Of a stretch of DNA of 64,000 bases, positions 19,332 through 27,925 are shown piece by piece. This DNA comes from a virus (lineage: Duplodnaviria > Caudoviricetes): positions 64,001 through 128,000 of the IMG/VR virus record IMGVR_UViG_3300032225_001322; one strand, given 5' to 3'. A model generated the notes under the pieces. That model saw only the letters and a list, made by a program, of their open reading frames with translations. It was not told where the DNA came from and searched no databases. Numbering within the stretch: position 1 is the first letter of the stretch; every line of letters starts with the position of its first letter. The position numbers and the translations under genes were made by a program.

Positions 19332-20731
19332 TGCAACAATATTTTTTCGACGAACAACTCCGTCGCTATCTAATTCAATTTGCTCGTATGTTTTCAGGCT
19401 TCCAAGTAGAGTTTGGACGCAACGAAGCAGGTGCTGCTGGAACTGGCGATACATTATATCGTGTACCCGTGCGTTATGGAGATGCTAGTCGGCAAGCACA
19501 AGTTATCCTACAAGAAAATAGTGCTAGTAATATGCCGTCAACTCCCTTGATGACATTTTATGTTACTGCTCTAGATTTTGATCGGCCACGCATGCAGAAT
19601 CCAACTTATGTTGATAACAAGAGTATCCGTCAGCGTGAATACGATTCAGCTACAGGAACTTATGAAACTACCCAAGGTAATGCTTTCCAAGTAGAGCGTT
19701 TTATGCCGGCTCCTTATAAATTAAGTATCAATTTAGATATCTGGACTAGTAATACTAATCAAAAAATGCAGTTACTGGAGCAAATATTGCCATTGTTCAA
19801 TCCAAGTTTGGAAATACAAAGTACAGATAGTTTTATGGATTGGACTAGTTTAAGTATTGTAGAGTTAGTATCTACAGGGTGGAGTAGTCGTGGTGTTCCG
19901 CAAGGTACCGAAGATCCTATTGATATTTCTACACTTAAATTTGTCTTGCCCATATGGTTATCATTGCCTGCTAAAGTTAAAAAACTTGGTGTTGTGGAGA
20001 CTATTATTGCTAGCATCTATGACGGCAAAGGCGACATGGTCAACGCTATTCGTAATAATGATTTGTTGTTAGGTACACGACAATATATTACGCCATACGG
20101 TTATCAAGTTGTATTAATTGGAAACAAATTACAAATTTTAGCTCGGTCAGCTGTAGTTGATGAAGCAAACAACGAATTGCCGCCACCAGATCCAGTGGAG
20201 CCAAGTAATCTAAATTGGACTCCTGTGGTCAACATGTATGGAACATTGCGTCCAGGTATTAGTATGATTGCCCTTACACAGGAAGATGGCTCAAAAGTAT
20301 TTGGTACCGTGGCGTTTGACCCGACAAATGATCAATTTCTATTGTTTACTGTCATCGAAGAATCGATTCCCCCTAACACATTATCGCCTGTAAGTTCAGT
20401 TATTAATCCCTTGGCAAGTGGTCCAGGACAAGGTTTGCCGGCAGCAAGTACAGGGCAGAGATATTTGTTAACTGAAGGTACTGGTAGTGATAATGGTTAT
20501 GCTCAAGCCTGGGCTGGTACTACTGGACAAATATTAGTCGCACATCCTAACGATATTATCGAGTACGATGGGAATCAATGGGTAATTTCTTTCAGTGCTG
20601 AGTCTAGTCCTGTAAATACACAATATGTCACCAATATTACAACCGAAATTCAATACAAATGGACTGGCCATAATTGGGTTAAATCATATCAAGGTCTCTA
20701 CCCAGGCGGCCAATGGGCACTAATAATTTAA
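19331..20731 (+). CDS. Tail sheath stabiliser/terminator (T4 gp15-like) with C-terminal extension
   Basis: YFFDEQLRRY..QF.RMFS, RVPVRYG, PAPYKLSINLDIWT, QLLEQILPLFNP. Confidence 0.85.
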   Translation: MQQYFFDEQLRRYLIQFARMFSGFQVEFGRNEAGAAGTGDTLYRVPVRYGDASRQAQVILQENSASNMPSTPLMTFYVTALDFDRPRMQNPTYVDNKSIRQREYDSATGTYETTQGNAFQVERFMPAPYKLSINLDIWTSNTNQKMQLLEQILPLFNPSLEIQSTDSFMDWTSLSIVELVSTGWSSRGVPQGTEDPIDISTLKFVLPIWLSLPAKVKKLGVVETIIASIYDGKGDMVNAIRNNDLLLGTRQYITPYGYQVVLIGNKLQILARSAVVDEANNELPPPDPVEPSNLNWTPVVNMYGTLRPGISMIALTQEDGSKVFGTVAFDPTNDQFLLFTVIEESIPPNTLSPVSSVINPLASGPGQGLPAASTGQRYLLTEGTGSDNGYAQAWAGTTGQILVAHPNDIIEYDGNQWVISFSAESSPVNTQYVTNITTEIQYKWTGHNWVKSYQGLYPGGQWALII

Positions 20732-21162
20732 AAATAGTCAACGCTGTTGGCATTTGGTTTTACAGTCAATCAACTAATCGATATTTGTATTTGGTTCGCA
20801 ATGATCCAAAACATCCAGACTCCTGGGGTTTACCTGGTGGCAAAATGGAGCCAGGTGAAAGTATTATGGCGGCCATGGTTCGCGAGTGCGAAGAAGAAAT
20901 TGGCAGTATGCCCGACTACGTTAAACTCATGCCGTTAGAGAAATTTACTAGCAGTGACGGTGGGTTCGCTTATAACACTTTTTTCTGTGTGGTAGAAAAT
21001 GAATTTAGTCCCAGACTGAATAACGAGCATTCGGGATATGCTTGGATTGATTCAGGCACTTGGCCTAAACCACTTCATCCAGGACTATGGTCAACTATAA
21101 ATTTTCAAGCAGTACAAAGTAAAATTTCTATTATACAACAACAACTTCAAACATCGCAGTAA
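20713..21162 (+). CDS. Nudix hydrolase
   Basis: Nudix box GGKMEPGESIMAAMVRECEEEIG; LNNEH..YAW; PLHPG. Confidence 0.92.
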   Translation: MGTNNLKIVNAVGIWFYSQSTNRYLYLVRNDPKHPDSWGLPGGKMEPGESIMAAMVRECEEEIGSMPDYVKLMPLEKFTSSDGGFAYNTFFCVVENEFSPRLNNEHSGYAWIDSGTWPKPLHPGLWSTINFQAVQSKISIIQQQLQTSQ

Positions 21163-21809
21163 GTAACAAAGTCTCTAAAATTAAAACACTTAGTATTAGG
21201 ACAACTTAACCATTCGTCGGGCATGTTAAGTTCATTGCCTACCATGATAAACTTAGTGCCAGAGTAGGCCTTAATTATTTTAGTCACTTGAAAAATCCAA
21301 TTATTTTGACCAATGTTGGATTCTTTGTCATATCCCAGCATAAATATTTCACTGTGTCCATCAAATGCCGCAAGATAGATAGGTAGTACAGCAGTACACA
21401 ACAAAGGGTTGTAGGGTATTAAATAAAACTCGCCTGGTCTTTTGACACAATTTTTGCTGGTAGTATAGACAATGTTATTTTCTGTATATTTGTTTTCAAT
21501 AAGTGGCAACAAATTATTTAAGTCTGTATCTACAGTAAAGTCTAATCTCATTTCACTAGCAATAGCAGCAGTACCATAAGTCTGTAGTGTTAGTGAACCT
21601 AACAAGCCACCGCGATGATCTTCTAATAGTTTATAATTAAATCTATCTCGACTTTCACTAGTACCTATTACAGCCGCGCGGCCACTCAAATGTTGATTTA
21701 CAATGGGATTTTCAATCCACTCTCGTTGTTCTTGTTTCTTACCGCCGGACCATTTGGACTCAATGATAACAAATTCGCCCGGATAATCTTTTCTGTATCT
21801 AGCTTCCAT
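21147..21809 (-). CDS. Maf/CstII-like glycosyltransferase-fold hypothetical protein
   Basis: RAAVIG..ESR, TYG and IYLAAFDGHSEIFMLGYD resemble Maf/DUF115/sialyltransferase-like motifs, but degenerate. Confidence 0.4.
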   Translation of the reverse strand: MEARYRKDYPGEFVIIESKWSGGKKQEQREWIENPIVNQHLSGRAAVIGTSESRDRFNYKLLEDHRGGLLGSLTLQTYGTAAIASEMRLDFTVDTDLNNLLPLIENKYTENNIVYTTSKNCVKRPGEFYLIPYNPLLCTAVLPIYLAAFDGHSEIFMLGYDKESNIGQNNWIFQVTKIIKAYSGTKFIMVGNELNMPDEWLSCPNTKCFNFRDFVTYCDV

Positions 21810-21810
21810 A

Positions 21811-23571
21811 TTATGCCGTGTAGGTAAATGTTGCTGGAGTACCAGGACTTGGTGTTGTATAAGTCAAGACGGTATAGCCTGGGGCCGCTGGCGGTGTAGT
21901 TACAGTTGCCCCTGGAGCTGTTCCTGGATAACTAGGAGTTGGTACTGCTATGATAACTGTGCCAGATCCGCCAGCTAGCCCAAGTCTATTGGGGGCTGAA
22001 CCGCCACCACCACCTGATCCACCAGAGCCAAGGCCGTTTACACCAGCTGTTTGTGGTCCACCCGATATGCCTCCACTACCACCACCTGCGTATGTTAATC
22101 CAGTGTATGACCAAGTATATCCAGTACCGCCAGCGCCGCCTCCACTGCCTGGTGCTCCAGGAGATCCAATGCTACCAGCACCTCCACCTCCACCGCCAGT
22201 TCTATAAGTTGCGCTGTCGGTACCACCGTTACCACCAGCAAAACCTAAACCGCCACTGGTGCTGCTAGGTTGTGTAGCTGACCCGCCAAGGCCAAGAGGC
22301 CCTCCTGAAGAAGGTGCTCCGCCGCCTCCACCTGATCCTCCTGGATTACCGCCAGTAAAACCAGATGCTCCATATCCGCCACCTAATGCTACGAGATTAC
22401 CTACTATATTTCCAGATATAATACTATTTCCACCATTAACGTTGCTTCCAACAGTTGACCCAGCACCAACAGTGATGGTATAGACTGTGCCACTAGATAA
22501 TGTAATTACTCCAGTTAATAATCCGCCACCACCACCACCGCCAGATCGTTCATCAACTCCAGGAGAGGTAGTACCGCCAGAGCCACCGCCTCCAACAACT
22601 AGATATTGTGCTGTGATAACTGGTGCCAATGTGCCCGGGCTAGTAAATGTATGTACATAGTATCCAGGTGCCGCTGGATTACTCGCTCCTGGTGTTACAG
22701 TTCCGCCGCCAAATAATTGTGTTGAGCTAGCATAAGCAATTGCAACTACACCAGAACCACCGGCGCCGTTAGTATAGTTGGCATAAGGACTACCGCACTG
22801 ATATCCGCCACCTGCTCCGCCGCCACCGGTTCCGGGTGTACCTGGATTTCCAGCTCCACTCAATCCATTAGCACCTGGTGTAGCATTGCCGCCACCGCCA
22901 GGTCCTCCACTACCTGCTGATAAACCCCCTGGGCCTAAAGATGGGTTAGCATATACACCGCCACCGCCGCCACCAGCGTATGTATTTCCAGTATATGTCC
23001 AAGTATATCCAGCACCGCCGTTACCTGTAGTTAAGCCTGGGGCACCGGCAGCTCCTGCGCCACCGCCACCACCTGATCTATCGTTTGGCGCAGTTGGTAT
23101 TTGGCCGCCACCGCCGCCACCTGGATAACCTTGTTGGGTAGGTCCTGGATAACCACTCCCTGATCCGCCTGTTGATGTGCCACCTGGTCTACTACCTCCA
23201 CCGCCAGAGCCGCCCGGTACACCATTAAGCCCATCTGTTCCAGCTCCACCACCACCACCTACAGCAGTTACAGTTGTAAATCCTGAGCCCGAAATACTAC
23301 TATTTGCTCCTGAATTTCCAGGAGGACCAAAACCATACGGTGGACTTGCTGTTGCTCCAGTTCCGCCAGAACCAACTGTGATGGTATACACAGCTGAAAG
23401 AGGAGATGTTATATTTCCCGACAAAACTCCGCCACCACCGCCACCGCCCCCAATTCGAACACCGCCTGCTCCGCCACCGCCCACAACTAGATATCGTATT
23501 GTAACAGATGGCTCAAATTGTATAGAAACTCCGCCTGAAAAAGTAATGCCGCCTGTGATCTCTAATGCCAT
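21811..23571 (-). CDS. Glycine-rich virion protein with two tandem Gly-rich domains
   Basis: Two domains each beginning YLVVGGGG(A/S)GG and ending GGSG(V/T)V.IA; locally GC-rich. Confidence 0.75.
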   Translation of the reverse strand: MALEITGGITFSGGVSIQFEPSVTIRYLVVGGGGAGGVRIGGGGGGGGVLSGNITSPLSAVYTITVGSGGTGATASPPYGFGPPGNSGANSSISGSGFTTVTAVGGGGGAGTDGLNGVPGGSGGGGSRPGGTSTGGSGSGYPGPTQQGYPGGGGGGQIPTAPNDRSGGGGGAGAAGAPGLTTGNGGAGYTWTYTGNTYAGGGGGGVYANPSLGPGGLSAGSGGPGGGGNATPGANGLSGAGNPGTPGTGGGGAGGGYQCGSPYANYTNGAGGSGVVAIAYASSTQLFGGGTVTPGASNPAAPGYYVHTFTSPGTLAPVITAQYLVVGGGGSGGTTSPGVDERSGGGGGGGLLTGVITLSSGTVYTITVGAGSTVGSNVNGGNSIISGNIVGNLVALGGGYGASGFTGGNPGGSGGGGGAPSSGGPLGLGGSATQPSSTSGGLGFAGGNGGTDSATYRTGGGGGGAGSIGSPGAPGSGGGAGGTGYTWSYTGLTYAGGGSGGISGGPQTAGVNGLGSGGSGGGGGSAPNRLGLAGGSGTVIIAVPTPSYPGTAPGATVTTPPAAPGYTVLTYTTPSPGTPATFTYTA

Positions 23572-23592
23572 TGTTCTATCCTATAGATTTAT

Positions 23593-23621
23593 AGTATATT
23601 TAGTAGAATACCCATAGTCAA
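23593..23621 (-). promoter_or_regulatory. Overlapping sigma70-like (TTGACT-17-TATACT) and late (CTAAATA) promoters
   Basis: -35 at 23616-23621, -10 at 23593-23598, CTAAATA at 23597-23603. Confidence 0.55.
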
Positions 23622-23622
23622 C

Positions 23623-23644
23623 AAAAAAGCACCCTAGAGTGCTT
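23623..23644 (-). terminator. Rho-independent terminator closing the RCC1/modification operon
   Basis: Minus strand AAGCACT-CTAG-GGTGCTT followed by TTTT. Confidence 0.7.
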
Positions 23645-23740
23645 GATTGTTTTTATTATACCGAGTTTACCGACCCACCAGCTAGATTTTTGACTCCACC
23701 TAGTCAGGAGTAACGTTTACTTAGTTAATTATATACCCAG

Positions 23741-23946
23741 TTAATTGTTTTTGCCCCAACTTACCCTGGACCATACTCGCTCATGCGACCAATATATAAA
23801 AGGCTTAACAATCATTTCTGTAGCGCCTATGCCTAGACTAAGAATAAATTCGCCAGTGATTATATAAGAAATTACTATTGTCGTTAGTGTACCACAACAA
23901 CGATAGCTGTAGGCTTTAACAAGACTGCGCCAGGCAGTCTCGCTAT
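23741..23946 (-). CDS. DUF2061-like small membrane protein (start codon unclear)
   Basis: ETAWRSLVKAYSYR...ISYIITG...IYWSHERVW matches the DUF2061 pattern; no in-frame start at the expected position. Confidence 0.65.
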
Positions 23947-24785
23947 TATTTAAGGCCCAGCTCTTTACGAATCTTTGTAGCACTGATGTCTGTAATGCTT
24001 TCATCAAATGTTTCTTCTCCGCTAGTATAACCCACGCCACGACCCCATCCAATGTGTACAATATTAGGCACTACTTGTATTTCATATTGCCCTTGATATA
24101 CAGGATCTAAATCACGCCGAATAAATGCTTTAACTTTTTCTACTTCAAATGGATTACTACCTTGCCATCCTTGCACATCACGAATTTGTATGACCACTTG
24201 ACCAGTACGGGCAATTAACCTTTCAAATAAGGCGCGGTGGCCATCATGCCAAGGTTGCCATCTTCCCATCATCTGCACTGTTTCTTTCTTCCAGTCAAAT
24301 CGAGGACGGCGACGATTGTCAATAATGTGTTGGCCGATAAACTCTGCCCACTTTTCTGCGTTTTGTTCTGTGATTCTAAAATCATATTGTTCAGGTTCAA
24401 CGAATGCCGCATTGGTATCGGCGTACCGACCTTCGCGGATAGTGTCTACCCAAATAGTCCAATCAGCTTTAAAGTTATTACGCATTTCAACTAAAGGAGC
24501 AACAAAGTCACAGATAACATAATCACCACCGGCTTCCATAGAGAACTGGAACATACGGATACTTTGACGAATACGACCATCATTACTGAAGTCCCAGTCA
24601 TTGTATTTTCTGCGAATATCGTCAGCATTAAACCAAGTTACTTGGCAATTAAAATCGCCAATGTGTTCGTTTAACGCACGACCATAACTCATATCACCGT
24701 GTTTTTCTAAGTACGTTTTAAGTTCTCCTGCTAAGGTAGTTTTACCTGAGCCAGGTAAGCCCATGATTAATATACGCTGTGACAT
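23946..24785 (-). CDS. cysC: Adenylylsulfate (APS) kinase fused to an HxGH nucleotidyltransferase domain
   Basis: GLPGSGKTT P-loop, NADDIR, DFS..GR, ICDFVAP and F.EP motifs; C-terminal GRWQPWHDGH, NPF and ISATKIR. Confidence 0.8.
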   Translation of the reverse strand: MSQRILIMGLPGSGKTTLAGELKTYLEKHGDMSYGRALNEHIGDFNCQVTWFNADDIRRKYNDWDFSNDGRIRQSIRMFQFSMEAGGDYVICDFVAPLVEMRNNFKADWTIWVDTIREGRYADTNAAFVEPEQYDFRITEQNAEKWAEFIGQHIIDNRRRPRFDWKKETVQMMGRWQPWHDGHRALFERLIARTGQVVIQIRDVQGWQGSNPFEVEKVKAFIRRDLDPVYQGQYEIQVVPNIVHIGWGRGVGYTSGEETFDESITDISATKIRKELGLK

Positions 24786-24801
24786 TGTTTTCCTTTAAAG
24801 T

Positions 24802-25080
24802 TTAAACTCCAGGTGTAGGAGCTGTTGGATCTGGTGTTCGCTCAACAACTTCATAAGCGGCATACCAATAGCCGTCGCCACCTAATGTAGGAGGAAGATC
24901 AGATAATCCGTGTGTTGCTGGATCATATGCTGGTAATGTAGGTGGATCAAAAACGATCACTACATTGTAAGGTGCTAACTGCTCAGGAGTAGGTTCTGAG
25001 GCAAAATGTACACCAGGTGTTTCATCAGCTACATTTACTCTACCTAAAAATTGTCCTTCGACTACTTTTGCATAATACAT
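24802..25080 (-). CDS. Small hypothetical protein (possible fibre-assembly type)
   Basis: 92 aa, AAGGA Shine-Dalgarno, PAYDPATH motif typical of fibre-adjacent small proteins. Confidence 0.55.
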   Translation of the reverse strand: MYYAKVVEGQFLGRVNVADETPGVHFASEPTPEQLAPYNVVIVFDPPTLPAYDPATHGLSDLPPTLGGDGYWYAAYEVVERTPDPTAPTPGV

Positions 25081-25105
25081 ATTTTATTTCCTTTGTTTTA
25101 TTATA

Positions 25106-27925
25106 CTACGGTCTCTTAAAATTAGCAAGATATTTTAAGAAAAAATCACTTTCCTCTTCAGGATCAACGACAAAGAAATCTATCATTTCGCCGTTTTCTC
25201 CATTCTGGAAAGCAACCTTCTCGGGTAATTTACCCTTGAAGGCAATACCATTTTGGGCACAATAACTATAAAAATGTTGTAATACACCCAACGACAATCT
25301 AATAGTCCAATCATCGCCGCACTTTTTCAAATCATTATGCCAAATATCCATACCCTTTTCTAGCCAAGTCATATCTGGGTTAGGATGCCCTGTAATAAAC
25401 TGACTCCAATAATCTACCATGATATAATGTCTAGCAAATACACGTTTAGGGTACGTTCTTACATTCTTATATATCAAATTAGCGTTTCTTCCTATGGCCT
25501 TACGCTTTAATGTTTCCTGATTTGCCAGTCCGTAGTGTGTTACATAAATGTGATCCTGCCAGAACATTTTGTTACCTAGGAAATGTTCATCATCTCTGCT
25601 GGGATATTCGTGTATGACGCCAGTAAATTGTATGCCAATATTATTTCTAAAGAATCTATCATGCATAACATCAACATTAACGCCATTTTCATGTGCTTTT
25701 TTGCTCATGGCTTGTACTTGGCGTAACAAAACACCATCGTAATAATCACTAATAATATATTTGTTCAAGGCCATGCTGTTTTCAAGCTGTTCGTCAGCAT
25801 CAATCCAAAAGATATAATCTCCGGTGGCAAGGCTAATAGAATAATTTCTTGCTCTAGCAAAGTTACCAAGCCCGTCCTCTTCTTCCCACACTAAATCATA
25901 AACTTTATCTGTGAATTTACGGGCAATATGTTTGGTATCATCGGTTGACCCTGTGTCTACAATTATAATCTCATCAGAGAAATCAGTGACAGTTTTTAAA
26001 CAACGACTAAGATTATCTTCTTCGTTACACACAATCATACAAGTAGATATAGTCTTGTACGGTCTAGTTTTGAGCCATTTGTCTTCGTAGTCAACATAAC
26101 CAAATTCAATGTTGTCATCTTTACTGGCGGTAAACCAGAACATCCAGTTACTGCACATTTCGCCCCTGCGACCCTTGGTGCTATGTGTATTTTTAGCTAT
26201 GGATAAATCAACATTTTTAAAAATAGCGTGTAAATCGTTTAATTCAAAGTGATGTACATGATGTATTTCTAATTTTTTCCGTTTAACCATATGTTCCCAC
26301 GGACCCATGGGTACAGTAAAATAAAACAATGTATTTTTGTTGGCAAGTTTCATCAAGAAATCAAGGAATTGTTGTGTATCTTCGATATGCTCTAGCAATT
26401 CTCCAACAAGTACAATGTCGGGTTGTAAGTCATATGTCAATACATTTCTAACATCGTCGACAATATAGTTTATCTGCGGATACTTCGTTTTATACTGTGA
26501 TTTAACATAGTCTAATACACCTTGTGATGAATCATACATAGTCAGTACTTCAATGTTTTTGGCAAATCTCTTCATCAAAGGTAATGAAAGAATACCATCG
26601 TTACTACCCAAGTCAAGGATTTTTAACTTCTTGTTGGGGAACATCTCAATTTCATTCTGGACAAGCTCAATTAACTTCATACCCCTGCCACTTAGATAAG
26701 CATCTTCATCTTTAGCTACAGGAGTAAAATCAGAAATAGTTAAGTTATCCTTTTCGCCTTGATCCAACATGTCACGATACTTTTGATCGCCAGTTAATTT
26801 CCAAGCGGCAACAATATCAGAATTATAAACTAATTGATCGATGATTTTGTCTTTGTATTTTTCATGTCTTTTGTTAAACATAAAATCAATTTCAGAGTTC
26901 CAAGATTTTGCTACTCTCTCCCAAGCATATGGTAGTATAGCTTTCTTAGCTTTGGTTACTTCGGCTTCGTAAACATCATCTTGATATTTGTCTAAATGTG
27001 CTAAAAACTTTGTTACATAATCTACAGTTCCGTAGTCGTCTGTAACCTTGACTTTAGTATCAGATTTTACAGTTTCTGACATGGCAAATTCATCTGTGGT
27101 AATAACTAAACAACCATTGTATTGTGCTTCGATAGCACTGATACAAGAAATCTCTGGGAAGTTTGTTGGATATACCATGTAGGCACACTTGGATAACAGT
27201 TCATAAAATTCACGCTTGGGCAAGTGACCAATCTGTTTGATATTGCGACTGTATTCTAATAAGTCTTCAACTTCCTTGTGTATCTTTTTAACATCGTCCG
27301 GCAATGTCAATGGATGCTCGTAGGTACAGATGTGTAGTGTCGCATCAGGATTGCGTTCAATAATCTCAGGCCAAATCTTTTCCAGTAATAATTTTAATCC
27401 ACGCTCAGGACGGCTAGCATAGATATAGTTGTTTTTCTTCTGCTCATATGGCACATACTCTGTTACAATCTCTTGGTCATATCCGTTAGAAGTCTTCCAC
27501 ACATAATTTGTTGGGTCAATATCATAGTTCTTAACAAATAAACCCTTGTGGAAGTCACTTAAACAGAATACCCTATCAGTACAACCTATAGCATCTCTAA
27601 AATTGTTAGTGTCAATATCGTGGCACCAGAGAATATTCATCTTACTATCAACCGGTAGTGCCAGGAAATCTGTAAATCTACTTACGATCAATGTATCAAA
27701 TTGTGATTTGTTGTCGTTAGTATATTGATCCACTGTACGATATTCTACACCATCGTACCAACCGGGGGAATCGCATTCGCAATAAACTACCACATCATTG
27801 CCCAGTTTGAACATCTCTCTGGCCATGTAGATTAGTGCCGATTCAGAACCGCCTAGTGCTTTTTCATTAACAGTATGTCCGTTAAATTTAAGTCCTGATG
27901 TTACAAATCCTATAGTTTTTTTCAT
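25106..27925 (-). CDS. Three-domain enzyme: GT4-like glycosyltransferase + class I SAM methyltransferase + GT2 glycosyltransferase
   Basis: LGGSE, ILWCHD, YASRPERGL and FPEISCISAIEAQ (GT-B); ILDLGSNDG and ELLEH (MTase); CMIVCNEE, VDTGSTD, ARN, WIDADE and IHE (GT2). Start revised to 27925 (ATGA overlap). Confidence 0.85.
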   Translation of the reverse strand: MKKTIGFVTSGLKFNGHTVNEKALGGSESALIYMAREMFKLGNDVVVYCECDSPGWYDGVEYRTVDQYTNDNKSQFDTLIVSRFTDFLALPVDSKMNILWCHDIDTNNFRDAIGCTDRVFCLSDFHKGLFVKNYDIDPTNYVWKTSNGYDQEIVTEYVPYEQKKNNYIYASRPERGLKLLLEKIWPEIIERNPDATLHICTYEHPLTLPDDVKKIHKEVEDLLEYSRNIKQIGHLPKREFYELLSKCAYMVYPTNFPEISCISAIEAQYNGCLVITTDEFAMSETVKSDTKVKVTDDYGTVDYVTKFLAHLDKYQDDVYEAEVTKAKKAILPYAWERVAKSWNSEIDFMFNKRHEKYKDKIIDQLVYNSDIVAAWKLTGDQKYRDMLDQGEKDNLTISDFTPVAKDEDAYLSGRGMKLIELVQNEIEMFPNKKLKILDLGSNDGILSLPLMKRFAKNIEVLTMYDSSQGVLDYVKSQYKTKYPQINYIVDDVRNVLTYDLQPDIVLVGELLEHIEDTQQFLDFLMKLANKNTLFYFTVPMGPWEHMVKRKKLEIHHVHHFELNDLHAIFKNVDLSIAKNTHSTKGRRGEMCSNWMFWFTASKDDNIEFGYVDYEDKWLKTRPYKTISTCMIVCNEEDNLSRCLKTVTDFSDEIIIVDTGSTDDTKHIARKFTDKVYDLVWEEEDGLGNFARARNYSISLATGDYIFWIDADEQLENSMALNKYIISDYYDGVLLRQVQAMSKKAHENGVNVDVMHDRFFRNNIGIQFTGVIHEYPSRDDEHFLGNKMFWQDHIYVTHYGLANQETLKRKAIGRNANLIYKNVRTYPKRVFARHYIMVDYWSQFITGHPNPDMTWLEKGMDIWHNDLKKCGDDWTIRLSLGVLQHFYSYCAQNGIAFKGKLPEKVAFQNGENGEMIDFFVVDPEEESDFFLKYLANFKRP

